From the NCBI GenBank assembly GCA_964597015.1, contig CAZQWO010000001.1, forward strand, positions 1,291-65,290: 64,000 nt of DNA. The letters are read 5' to 3'. Origin of the DNA: an uncultured Dehalococcoidaceae bacterium. GTDB taxonomy: Bacteria; Chloroflexota; Dehalococcoidia; Dehalococcoidales; RBG-16-60-22. Below the pieces are notes generated by a model that saw only the letters and a program-made list of their open reading frames with translations, was not told the origin of the DNA and made no database searches. Position 1 is the stretch's first letter. Each line of letters starts with the position of its first letter. The translations under genes were made by a program, and so were the position numbers. Shown piece after piece: positions 11,318 through 20,731 of the stretch.

Positions 11318-11509
11318 ATATTTAACCTCTCTTGCCACGTCAAGGCATTTGCTCAGGGCGCGGACGGGGTGCTTGTCTGCGGCAGACATCCCGGCGAGTG
11401 TCATTACCGGGACGGTAATATGCAGACGAAGCGCTGCATACCTCTCCTGAAGAAGATGCCGGAACAGTTTGGCATTATCGTTCTATCCATTAATATGGCA
11501 CGTCGCTAA
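11318..11509 (+). pseudogene. remnant of an MvhD/FlpD-family (hydrogenase/heterodisulfide-reductase-associated) gene
   Basis: Frame open from the stop at 11315, with no start codon. It reads YFNLSCHVKAFAQGADGVLVCGRHPGECHYRDGNMQTKRCIPLLKKMPEQFGI, then diverges to a stop at 11507. It matches the family core (..AF.EGADGVLV.GCH.GDCHY..GN....R...LKK....GI) but lacks the N-terminal Cys-rich ~75 aa and the C-terminus. Confidence 0.5.
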
Positions 11510-11753
11510 CTTTGGTTAATTCCCGACAAACAAGTAAAAACACTGCCCGGCACAGCTTCTATATTTCTTCAGTTCAGTCAAGCAACGGGTAACCAAGTTA
11601 AGTATTAATAACTAGTCTTGGCCAAGAGAATAAGTGTAAATACCAATACTTTTGGAAGCTGAAAATAGGCAACATAGCGGAAGTCTAGAGGGATAGTCAG
11701 GTGTTAAACTGAAAATAGAAAAGGGGGGAAGTTAAACAAAGGAGGGCAAGAAG

Positions 11754-11933
11754 ATGGAGTGGCAAATTATAGTAGCTCTAGTGATAGCAATACCGATCAT
11801 CCTTATACCGGTAGTATTCGTCTGGTACCTGAATGCGGGAGGAGTCTACCATGCTCTTCAAGTATCTAGACAAAGGAGAAGAGCAGCTCGGGAGAGGATG
11901 GTGGAAGCTGCATCTGAGACTGATTCGAGGTAG
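11754..11933 (+). CDS. small single-pass membrane protein (59 aa, below the ORF-track cutoff)
   Basis: Own translation: MEWQIIVALVIAIPIILIPVVFVWYLNAGGVYHALQVSRQRRRAAREREMVEAASETDSR. Strong SD AAAGGAGGG sits 6 nt upstream. One hydrophobic helix is followed by a basic tail. Confidence 0.45.
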   Translation: MEWQIIVALVIAIPIILIPVVFVWYLNAGGVYHALQVSRQRRRAARERMVEAASETDSR

Positions 11934-12098
11934 TAATTGTCCGGGATTTTGATTTTAGCTGTTTTCAGTATGGCTATCACGGAAATAGAATCTATCTCCG
12001 ATAAGCTGCCGCTATGGTTAAAGAATAATCATTAGGATTAGCTGATTTGTCCTTATTTAATCGAAGTAAGGGGTTGACATGAGAGGAAGTTTGCCCAC

Positions 12099-12127
12099 TT
12101 GTCAGCCCCTCTCTTGTGCAGTAAAAT
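12099..12127 (+). promoter_or_regulatory. putative sigma-70 promoter of the formate dehydrogenase operon
   Basis: TTGTCA, 17-nt spacer, TAAAAT, about 25 nt upstream of the GTG start. A second TTGACA hexamer lies at 12074. Confidence 0.35.
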
Positions 12128-12152
12128 CTGAGCAGAAAGGAGGGGATACTTT

Positions 12153-15100
12153 GTGGAACTGAACCGCAGAGATTTTTTGAAGCTATCAGGAACCGGCGTC
12201 GGTGCCGCCGTGGCTCTCAGCTTCCTACCCGACGGAACCGTGATGGCTGCCCCCAGAGAGTTTCCGCTAACAAGGAAGGTTAAAGAGACCTCTACCATCT
12301 GCTGTTACTGCTCTGTTGGTTGCGGAGCAATTGTAACGGCATATGAGGATGGAATCATCAAGATTGAGGGCGATCCTGACCATCCCATCAATGAGGGTGC
12401 ACTATGTCCTAAGGGGCTTGCCATGTCTCAGATTCGTCAGGTAAATGGCAAGATTAATCCATACCGGCTTACCAAGCCACTCTACAGGGCTCCAAACGCT
12501 ACCGACTGGGAAGAGAAGCCGTGGGACTGGATGATAGAGACAATCGCCAAGCGAGCTAAAGACACGCGCGACAATAACTGGAATACTGTGGCAAACCGAA
12601 CCGACGCCCTAGCCAGCCTTGGTGGTGGTGAGCTGGACAATGAGGAATGTTACCTTCTGTCCAAGATGGACCGTGCCCTTGGAGTAGTCTATTTGGAGCA
12701 CTGTGCCCGTATATGACATTCCTCTACTGTCGCCAGTCTGGCGGAAAGCTTCGGCAGGGGGGCAATGACCAATCATTATATTGACCTCAGAAATGCGGAC
12801 TGCGTGATGATTATTGGCTCCAACGCAGCTGAGAATCATCCCATATCTTTCAAATGGATTACCAGGGCGATGGAGAAGGGCGCCAAACTCATCAGCGTTG
12901 ACCCGCGCTTCACCCGCACCTCTTCCAAGGCAGATATCTATGCTCCGATAAGGTCGGGGACTGACATCGCCTTTATTGGTGGAATGATTAAATATGTACT
13001 GGATGACATGGAGAGAAATCCTGATAACTACAATATGGAATACGTGAAGCAGTATACCAATGCCGCTCTCATTATCAATCCTGAATTTACCTTCAATGAT
13101 GGGCTATTCGGCGAAGTAAAGGACGGCAAATATACCACCGATGCCAAGAATACCTGGAAGTATGCCGACACTAAGACTCCCGCCGCTGACCTGTCCCTGG
13201 AAGACCCCGATTGCGTCTTCCAGCTGTTGAAGAAACATTATTCCCGCTATGACGTGGATACGGTCTGCAATATTACCGGGACACCAAAGGATGTTTACCT
13301 TGAGGTAATAAAGACTTATACCGCAACAGGCAAAAGGGATAAGGCAGGTACCATTTGTTATGCCATGGGCGCTACTCAGCATACATATGGCACCCAGAAT
13401 ATCAGGACCTATGCGATACTTCAGCTCTTGCTGGGGAATATGGGTGTGGCCGGTGGTGGCATCAACGCCTTGCGAGGTACATCCAATGTTCAAGGGTCAA
13501 CTGATATGTGCCTGTTAAGTCATATTCTTCCTGGCTATCTTAATGTTCCGTTGGAAAGCGATACTGATCTTGAGGCATATTTGAAGCGAACTGGTAAACA
13601 CCCGGGCGACACCATCACACCTCGGGGCCTGGCCGGGGACAAAAGCGCCAACTGGTGGGGCAATGCCAAGAAGTACATGGTCAGCTTGCTCAAGGCCTGG
13701 TACGGAAATGCCGCTAACCAAGATAATGACTTCTGCTTTAATTACCTGCCCAAGGTTGACCCCGGTGTAAACTATACTCACATCGGGATGTTTGAGGCGA
13801 TGGGCCAGGGCAAAATCAAGGGGCTCTGGGTCTGGGGACAGAACCCGGCAGCGGGTGGTCCTAATTCTAACGGGGAGCGAGAGGCCCTGGGGAACTTAGA
13901 CTGGCTTGTTGCCGCCGACATATGGATGAATGAAACCTCAGAGTTCTGGAAGAGACCGGGGGTAGATCCGTCTGGCATCAAGACCGAAGTCTTCGTTCTC
14001 CCTGCTGCCTGCTCCTATGAAAAGGAGGGGAGCATCAGTAATAGCGGTCGCTGGGCACAATGGCGCTACAAGGCAGTGGAGCCACCGGGAGAAGCCATGG
14101 CCGACCTGGAGATTATGAACCTCGTTATGCTGAAGCTGAAGGAACTTTATCAGGCAGAGAGCACCCCACAGGCCAGGCCAATCATAGACCTGGACTGGAA
14201 TTACGGGGAGCATATTACTGCTGATGCCATAGCAAGAGAGGTCAATGGCTACGACCTGACCACCGGCAAGCTGGCCGCCAGCTTTACGGCACTAAAGGAC
14301 GACGGTACTACCACGTCCGGCAACTGGCTGTACTGCAATCAGTACACCGAGGAGGACGGGAATAAATGCGCCCGGCGTGGCACGGTGGATACACATCCCA
14401 AGCAAATAGGTCTGTATTCCGACTGGTCCTGGTGCTGGCCGCTTAACCGGAGGATTATCTACAACCGGGCATCCGTTGACCTTGATGGGGTGGCTTGGGA
14501 TAGCGAGCAGCCTGTTATCTATTATGATGCCGCAGCGAAGAAATGGGAGGGTGATGTTCCCGATGGAGGCTGGCCACCGATAAACCAGGCTAAAGAAGGA
14601 GAGAAGTACCTGCCCTTTATTATGAAGCCGGAAGGCGTTGCTCGTCTCTGGGGCTACGGCCTTGCAGAAGGACCGGTACCCGAGGTCTACGAGCCGTGGG
14701 AAAGCCCGTTAGATAAAAACTTGATGTCAGGTACCAATAACAATCCCTGTGCCTTCATTGGCACCTATATGAATAAGCGAGGCACATCTAATCAATATCC
14801 TTATGTGGGCACCACCTATCGCTGCACCGAGCACTGGCAGACCGGCATCATGACTCGAAACCTGCCCTGGCTGGTAGAACTCATGCCCAATATGTACGTG
14901 GAAATGGGCCAGGAACTGGCTGCCGAGAAGGGCATTGAAAGCGGAGATAATGTCGTTGTGAGCTCGGCGCGGGGAGCGATTACGGCAGTAGCTGTGGTCA
15001 CCAGACGCCTCCAGCCACTCAGAGTGGCAGGGAAGACCATTCACCATGTCGGCGTTATCTGGCACTTTGGTTACAGTGGCATGGCGAAAGGCGACAGTGG

Positions 15101-15185
15101 CAACATTCTCACTCCCCACGTTGGTGATGCCAACACGACCATCCCGGAGTATAAGACATTCCTGTGCAATGTAAGGAGGGCATAA
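12153..15185 (+). CDS. fdnG: formate dehydrogenase catalytic subunit; molybdopterin enzyme, Tat-exported, selenocysteine-containing
   Basis: Track ORFs 12153-12716 and 12765-15185 are in the same frame (offset 612 nt) and are joined by TGA 12714-12716. Read-through gives ..[29 protein letters not shown].., the FDH Sec/His active-site motif. Twin-arginine signal MELNRRDFLK. N-terminal 4Fe-4S motif CCYCSVGC. GTG start follows AAAGGAGGGG. Confidence 0.9.
12717..12761 (+). promoter_or_regulatory. SECIS-like hairpin downstream of the UGA
   Basis: Apical hairpin CGCCA-GUC-UGGCG at 12731-12743, beginning 15 nt after the UGA. From memory, E. coli fdhF has GCAGGUCUGC at the equivalent place. A possible lower stem pairs UCCUCU (12720-25) with AGGGGG (12756-61), including G-U pairs. 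Confidence 0.55.
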
Positions 15186-15187
15186 TT

Positions 15188-15991
15188 ATGAGTAAAGGAG
15201 TGCTGTATGACGCAACCAAATGCATAGGATGCCGGGCATGTCAGGTGGCCTGCAAGCAGTGGAATGAACTGCCAGCAGTGGCGACTACCAACACTGGCAC
15301 ATACGAGAATCCTCCGAAAATGGATGCCTACACCTTTACCAGGATACACTTTACCGAGACAGAATATAATGGCAAGTTCCGTTGGGTCTTTAACAAGCTC
15401 CAGTGCATGCACTGTGAGCATCCAGCGTGTGTAGAGGCCTGTATTGTAGGCGCTTTAGAGAAGAGGTCAGATGGACCGGTAACCTACGATGATAGCAAGT
15501 GCATCGGTTGCCGCTACTGCCAGGTTGCCTGTCCCTTTGGCATACCGAACTTTGAGTGGGATAAGCCGATACCCTGGATACGCAAGTGTACCTTTTGCGC
15601 TGACCGGCAGGGTGCGGGACTCAAGCCAGCCTGTGTCACTGCCTGTCCCACCGGTGCCCTCAAGTTCGGCGAGCGTGATGACCTCATCGCCGAAGCCAGG
15701 GAACGTATCGCGGCTGTACCGGGCAGATATGTAGACCATATCTATGGAGAGAAAGAGGTAGGCGGCACGTCCTGGCTATATCTCTCCCCCGTCCCCTTTG
15801 AGCAGCTGGGGTTTGCCAGTCACAGTTCCGAACCGGTGACTGTCAATGCGGCGCGTGCCATGGGTGCAGTTCCGCCAGTGCTCTTGGGCGTAGCGGCGGT
15901 TATGACTGGCATCTACTGGCTCACCAAACGCCGGCAGAAGATTAGCCAGACAGAGGATAGCGACAAAGAAAAAACAGGGGTGACGAAATGA
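15188..15991 (+). CDS. fdnH: formate dehydrogenase iron-sulfur subunit (4x 4Fe-4S ferredoxin-type, C-terminal membrane helix)
   Basis: Repeated CxxCxxCxxxCP motifs (CIGCRACQVAC, CMHCEHPACVEAC, CIGCRYCQVACP, CTFC..CVTACP). C-terminal helix VLLGVAAVMTGIYWL. Start moved to ATG 15188 behind AAGGAGGG. Confidence 0.85.
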   Translation: MSKGVLYDATKCIGCRACQVACKQWNELPAVATTNTGTYENPPKMDAYTFTRIHFTETEYNGKFRWVFNKLQCMHCEHPACVEACIVGALEKRSDGPVTYDDSKCIGCRYCQVACPFGIPNFEWDKPIPWIRKCTFCADRQGAGLKPACVTACPTGALKFGERDDLIAEARERIAAVPGRYVDHIYGEKEVGGTSWLYLSPVPFEQLGFASHSSEPVTVNAARAMGAVPPVLLGVAAVMTGIYWLTKRRQKISQTEDSDKEKTGVTK

Positions 15992-17157
15992 TACAGCAGA
16001 AACGCGCCTTTCCCTGGGGCATATCTGTCCTGACTATCCTGGTCATCCTTGGTATCATCCCCATAATCATTCGCTACATCAATGGGCTTGGTGCCGTCAG
16101 CAACCTGAGCGATGGCCGTCCCTGGGGGTTCTGGATCAGTTTTGACCTGTACTGCGGCGTTGCCTTGGCAGCAGGAGGTTTTACTCTGGCGGGGTGGGTC
16201 TACCTCTTTAACCGGGAAAAATATCATGCTGTAGCCAGGCCAGCGGTCCTGACTGCTTTCCTGGGTTACACGCTGGTTATCCTGGCTCTGCTGGTAGACC
16301 TGGGACAACCCTGGTACATCTGGCATGCCATGATATACTGGAACATCCGTTCCCCACTGTTCGAAGTAGCAATATGCGTGATGACATACACTGCGGTGCT
16401 GGCCCTGGAATTTAGCCCCGCGGTCTTTGAGGGCTTAAGCAAGAGCAACCTCCCCGTTGTTAGGCGATTCAACTGGCACATCCCTTTGCGAGTTATTCGG
16501 ACGATTCAGATTCCCCTGGTAATTGCTGGCGTTGTTCTCTCAACTTTACACCAGTCCTCCCTGGGCTCAATGTTGTTGATGATGCCGGAAACATTGCATC
16601 CCCTGTGGTACACGCCGATACTGCCGATATTGTTCCTCACTTCGGCAATAGCCGTAGGGCCAGCTATGGTCATCTTCGAAACTACACTTAGCAGCAGGGT
16701 CTTTGGCCATAAGTTACCTATGGATATCCTTAGCGGCCTGGGCAGGGCAATTCCCTATATTCTCGGAGTATACCTGCTGCTCAAATTAATGGACCTGACG
16801 GCTACAGGAGAAACAGGCCTAATCTTTACTGCATATCCGCAAAATTTGCTGTGGTGGGGTGAAATAATCATCGGGGTCATTTTGCCCTTAATCCTCTTCT
16901 CCATGCCCAGTGTGAGACATAGTGGGAGAGGGGTATTCTGGAGCGCAGTGCTGGTTGTCCTGGGGCTGGTATTTAACCGCTTCAACGTGAGCATGCTGGC
17001 TCTGGCTATGCGACCGGGCTTTGCTTACTTCCCCCACTGGATGGAGGTCGCCATTTCGGTAGCGCTCGTCGCCGATGCCTTGCTCGTAATTTGGTTGGCC
17101 TACCGGTTTTTGCCCATGACTCATAGTGAAGAAGTAGTGGAGATGAATGTACAGTGA
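15988..17157 (+). CDS. NrfD/PsrC/HybB-family integral membrane quinone-interacting subunit
   Basis: 389-aa polytopic membrane protein. N-terminus ..LGAVSNLSDGRPWGFWISFDLYCGVALAAGGF is typical of the NrfD family. ATGA overlap with the upstream gene. Confidence 0.8.
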   Translation: MIQQKRAFPWGISVLTILVILGIIPIIIRYINGLGAVSNLSDGRPWGFWISFDLYCGVALAAGGFTLAGWVYLFNREKYHAVARPAVLTAFLGYTLVILALLVDLGQPWYIWHAMIYWNIRSPLFEVAICVMTYTAVLALEFSPAVFEGLSKSNLPVVRRFNWHIPLRVIRTIQIPLVIAGVVLSTLHQSSLGSMLLMMPETLHPLWYTPILPILFLTSAIAVGPAMVIFETTLSSRVFGHKLPMDILSGLGRAIPYILGVYLLLKLMDLTATGETGLIFTAYPQNLLWWGEIIIGVILPLILFSMPSVRHSGRGVFWSAVLVVLGLVFNRFNVSMLALAMRPGFAYFPHWMEVAISVALVADALLVIWLAYRFLPMTHSEEVVEMNVQ

Positions 17158-17393
17158 CAGGATGGAGAAAAGTATGCTGCTTTGCGGATGGTGTCATTTA
17201 TGTTTGGGGAAACAAACGTAAGGTTATTACCCCTGGGATACTATGCTGCTGGCATTTTACGCATTGGGGATGAAAACACTCTACTTCAGGCTGCATATTG
17301 AACAATAGCAAGTAGGGCGCAACTCCTGGATATCTTGTTGAATATCCGAGACTGAATGATCGATATCAGTATCCTGCGGCAATGGGCGGCCGT

Positions 17394-17437
17394 CACTCTT
17401 AATCAGCCGGTTGGGGGTTCGAGTCCTCCGCGGCTCA
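17394..17437 (+). other. tRNA-Lys(CUU) 3' fragment (anticodon loop to discriminator); not a complete tRNA
   Basis: A-CTCTTAA-TCAGC-CGGTT-GGGGG-TTCGAGT-CCTCC-GCGGCTC-A corresponds to anticodon loop, 3' anticodon stem, variable loop, T arm and 3' acceptor strand. No complementary 5' acceptor strand (GAGCCGC or wobble variants) and no 5' anticodon-stem strand (GCTGA) occur upstream. Confidence 0.55.
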
Positions 17438-17523
17438 CGTTCAACCAGGAGAATTTTTTCACCAATTTATGTTAGTATTGCAGTGAATTGCCAGCGCTGC
17501 ATTTTTATGGAGGTTAATTCATT

Positions 17524-19386
17524 ATGAGCGATGCTATCCGCGGCGGCTATTCTGGAACGACCGTCAGGGTCAACCTTACCGAAAACCGGATTTCAGCGGA
17601 AAAAACCGATGATGAGCTCTGCAAGAAATACCTCGGGGGAGCCGGTTTTGTCGCCCACTACCTCTGGAAGGAAATTGCCCCCAGAGTTGACGCCCTGGGG
17701 CCTGATAACAAGCTGATTTTCGCCTGCGGGCCTCTCACGGGCGTGCCATTTCCGGGAAACGGACGCAATTGCATTGGCGCCAAATCGCCGCTGACCGGCG
17801 GCGTGGCCAAATCAGAGGTGGGGGAGTTCTGGGGAGCTGAACTCAAGCGCGCCGGCATCGATGTCCTCATTGTTGAGGGTAAGTCAGCCAAGCCGGTTTA
17901 CCTGTGGGTCAACGATGGCGAAGTCAGCATAAGAAATGCGGCACACCTGTGGGGCAAGAACACCAAGGAAACGCAGCAAAAAATCAGGAATGAGCTCGGC
18001 GATGACCGGATAAGAGTGGCCAGCATCGGGCCCGCAGGAGAGAACCTGGTTCTTTATGCCTGCGCGATGAACGGCCTGTATGATGCCGCCGGAAGGGGCG
18101 GAATAGGTGCGGTCATGGGCTCCAAGAACCTGAAAGCAGTCGCCGTCAGGGGCCATAAAGCACCAAAGGTCATTGATGCCAAGCCGGCCAAAGACATTGC
18201 GAAATGGCTGAAGGCTAACTGGGAGTCGATGCGGGGTTTCTGGGAAGTCGGTACCGGATTACCCATGGACGGCTTTGAGGCTATGGGCAACCTGCCGGTG
18301 AGAAACTTCCGCGACGGTCTCTTCCCGGCGGTTAAAAAGATAGACGCTCCGGCCGTTATGAAAACCATCGGTATCAAGATGGACGCGTGTTATGCCTGCC
18401 CGGTGCGCTGCAAGAAAGTGGTAAAAATGGACAAGCCCTATAAAGTGGACCCCGATTACGGCGGCCCCGAATATGAAACACTGGCTTCACTGGGCTCCAA
18501 CTGCGGCATCGAAGACCTGCCAGCCATCGCCAGGGGCAACGAGCTCTGCAATGCCTATTCACTGGACACGATTTCCACCGGAGAGGTCATCGCCTTCGCC
18601 ATGGAGTGCTTTGAGAACGGATTGCTCACCGCCAAGGATACCGGTGGCATAGAACTCAGGTTCGGCAATGCGGAAGCGATGCTCAAACTTATTGACCTTA
18701 TTGCCCATCGTGAAGGAATCGGCGACCTCCTTGCCGATGGTGTTACCAGAGCCGCACAGAAAATCGGCAACGGTGCGGAAAAATTCGCCATTGCCGTGAA
18801 GGGCCTGGAGGCTGGTATGCACGAGCCCAGGGCAAAACCCGGGCTTGGCATCGGCTACATGGTGAATCCGCACGGCGCCGACCACTGCTTTAACCTTCAC
18901 GACCATGCGTACTCAAATCAGGACAGCCTGCAGGTGAAAGATGTTGAAGCTGTGGGACTGCGCGGTCCGTTTCCGGTTGATGATATCGGGCCGAAAAAGG
19001 TCGAGCTTTTCCAGTACAGGCAACGCCTGATGGCCATATTTGATTCCCTGATAGTCTGTCTATTCTTTCCATACAGTCTGACACAATTAGCCGGGCTGCT
19101 TAACGCGGTTACCGGCCAGAATGTGACTGTTAAAGAACTGCTGGAAATTGCCGACCGAACGATAACAACCTTACGGCTTTTTAACCTCCGCGAAGGGTTT
19201 TCGGCGGCCGATGACAAGCTGCCCCAGCGCTTCTATGAGCCGAAAACTGACGGCGTGCTGGCAGACAAACCCCTTGACCCGGCCAGAATGGAAGAGGCAA
19301 AGCACTACTATTATTCCCTGATGGGCTGGGATGAAACCACCGGTGAGCCTGAAGAGGAGACATTAAAGGCACTGGGTATAAAATAA
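17524..19386 (+). CDS. aor: aldehyde:ferredoxin oxidoreductase (tungstopterin AOR family)
   Basis: 620-aa ORF. N-terminus GGYSGTTVRVNLTENRISAEK..YLGGAGF; 4Fe-4S ligand region CYACPVRC. Length is typical of the AOR family. SD GGAGG present. Confidence 0.88.
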   Translation: MSDAIRGGYSGTTVRVNLTENRISAEKTDDELCKKYLGGAGFVAHYLWKEIAPRVDALGPDNKLIFACGPLTGVPFPGNGRNCIGAKSPLTGGVAKSEVGEFWGAELKRAGIDVLIVEGKSAKPVYLWVNDGEVSIRNAAHLWGKNTKETQQKIRNELGDDRIRVASIGPAGENLVLYACAMNGLYDAAGRGGIGAVMGSKNLKAVAVRGHKAPKVIDAKPAKDIAKWLKANWESMRGFWEVGTGLPMDGFEAMGNLPVRNFRDGLFPAVKKIDAPAVMKTIGIKMDACYACPVRCKKVVKMDKPYKVDPDYGGPEYETLASLGSNCGIEDLPAIARGNELCNAYSLDTISTGEVIAFAMECFENGLLTAKDTGGIELRFGNAEAMLKLIDLIAHREGIGDLLADGVTRAAQKIGNGAEKFAIAVKGLEAGMHEPRAKPGLGIGYMVNPHGADHCFNLHDHAYSNQDSLQVKDVEAVGLRGPFPVDDIGPKKVELFQYRQRLMAIFDSLIVCLFFPYSLTQLAGLLNAVTGQNVTVKELLEIADRTITTLRLFNLREGFSAADDKLPQRFYEPKTDGVLADKPLDPARMEEAKHYYYSLMGWDETTGEPEEETLKALGIK

Positions 19387-19398
19387 TTTAGTTCGGAA

Positions 19399-20595
19399 TC
19401 AGCCCAGCGCGCTGACCAGCGAGGGTGCTGGCTCGTCCGGTTCTTCCAGGTGGGGAATGAACGAGGCCTGCTTTTCCCACTCCAGCATACCCTGAAACCA
19501 GATATACTGGGCAGCCCTCGATGTTACCACCCTCATCTTCCTCAGCATCCGCATGGAATCGATGCTGTGCTCACGCCTGGCTTCAGTTATTCGCTGTGCT
19601 GATACCGGGCCGATGCCGGGCACGCGCAGCAGCTCCCCATAGCTCGCCCGGTTGACATCCACCGGAAACAGCCAGGGCTGATTTTCGGCAATGACCAGCT
19701 TCGGGTCCTTCCGTAACGACAGGTCTCCTTTCTCGCCGAGCGCCAGCTCGACCTCCGGCAGCGGGAAGCCATATATTCTGAGCAGCCAGTCCGACTGGTA
19801 AAGCCGATGGGCGCGCAGCGGATTGGCCGGCGGCCGACCTTCCAGCGGCGAGTTCCGCACCGGACGGAAGGGGCTGAAATAAGCCCTCCGCAGGTCGACT
19901 TCATGGTAAAGGGCAGCGGTGGTTCGCAGTAAATCCCGGTCGCTTTCACCGGCCGCCCCGATGACAAACTGCGTGGTCTGCCCGGACGGCACCAGCCTCT
20001 CGTCGGATGCGGTAAGTTTCTTAACCCAGCGCATCGGTGCCACGATATTATTATGCAGGTCCTTGCGCTTGCTCAGTCGAGAAAGGTGCTGGACGGTGGG
20101 TGCTTCCATATTTACCGAGACGCGGTCGGCCAGCTTACATCCTTCGGCAACGCAGTCGAACGACGCTCCGGGCAGTATCTTGAGGTGAATGTAACCTTTA
20201 AAACCATAGCGGTAGCGCAGGATTTCCACCGTCTTGACCATGGCCTCCATGGTGCGGGTGGGGTTATCGGCGATGCCGGAACTGAGGAAGAGCCCCCGTA
20301 CCATTCTCCGCTCGTAGAGCTGCATAAAAACCCGGGCCAGTTCTTCGGGTAGAAAAGCGTGTCGCGGAACGTCCCTGGCGACGCGATTGCTGCAGTAGGC
20401 GCAGTCATTCATGCAGACGTTGGTCAGCAGTACCTTGAACAGGCAGACCGAGCCGCCGCCGGGCAGCGTTGAGCGGTAGATGAAGCGCTGCGGCGACGGT
20501 ATAAAATCGCGCACGCCGCTGTAGCCGCAGATGTCAAACTTCGCCGCCGCCGTCAGGGCTCTTAGTTTATCTTCAACCTCCATCTTCCCTATCAC
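19399..20595 (-). CDS. radical SAM protein of the putative DNA modification/repair type, with C-terminal helix-hairpin-helix
   Basis: CAYCSNR radical-SAM cluster motif. C-terminal VDVNRASYGELLRVPGIGPVSAQRI HhH motif. Confidence 0.75.
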   Translation of the reverse strand: MIGKMEVEDKLRALTAAAKFDICGYSGVRDFIPSPQRFIYRSTLPGGGSVCLFKVLLTNVCMNDCAYCSNRVARDVPRHAFLPEELARVFMQLYERRMVRGLFLSSGIADNPTRTMEAMVKTVEILRYRYGFKGYIHLKILPGASFDCVAEGCKLADRVSVNMEAPTVQHLSRLSKRKDLHNNIVAPMRWVKKLTASDERLVPSGQTTQFVIGAAGESDRDLLRTTAALYHEVDLRRAYFSPFRPVRNSPLEGRPPANPLRAHRLYQSDWLLRIYGFPLPEVELALGEKGDLSLRKDPKLVIAENQPWLFPVDVNRASYGELLRVPGIGPVSAQRITEARREHSIDSMRMLRKMRVVTSRAAQYIWFQGMLEWEKQASFIPHLEEPDEPAPSLVSALG

Positions 20596-20731
20596 CCTTT
20601 TAATAGAACACTTGTACTATAGCACAGAGGGAAAAAGGGGTCAATAGCTGGAAGAAGTGGGGGTGATACTTGTATCCGTGGCGGTGTCAGATACAGTCAA
20701 TATTATGAAGTCGCGAAATCGCCGAAGGCGC

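Noticed and set aside
12714-12716. TGA read as a genuine stop that splits the formate dehydrogenase into 187-aa and 806-aa proteins
   Set aside because: Both ORFs are in the same frame. The UGA sits exactly in the ..ARI-U-HS.. FDH active-site motif, and a SECIS-like hairpin follows. It was therefore treated as a selenocysteine codon.
17363-17437. A complete tRNA gene (including a tRNA-Sec candidate, given the nearby Sec enzyme)
   Set aside because: No 5' acceptor strand complementary to GCGGCTC and no 5' anticodon-stem strand is present. The anticodon is CTT, not TCA. Only the 3' half is tRNA-like.
11289-17437. A bounded genomic island or prophage delimited by the tRNA-Lys fragment
   Set aside because: The window contains no integrase, no second att-like direct repeat and no phage genes. 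Only the two remnants hint at rearrangement, so it is reported as a hypothesis under findings rather than as a mobile-element feature.
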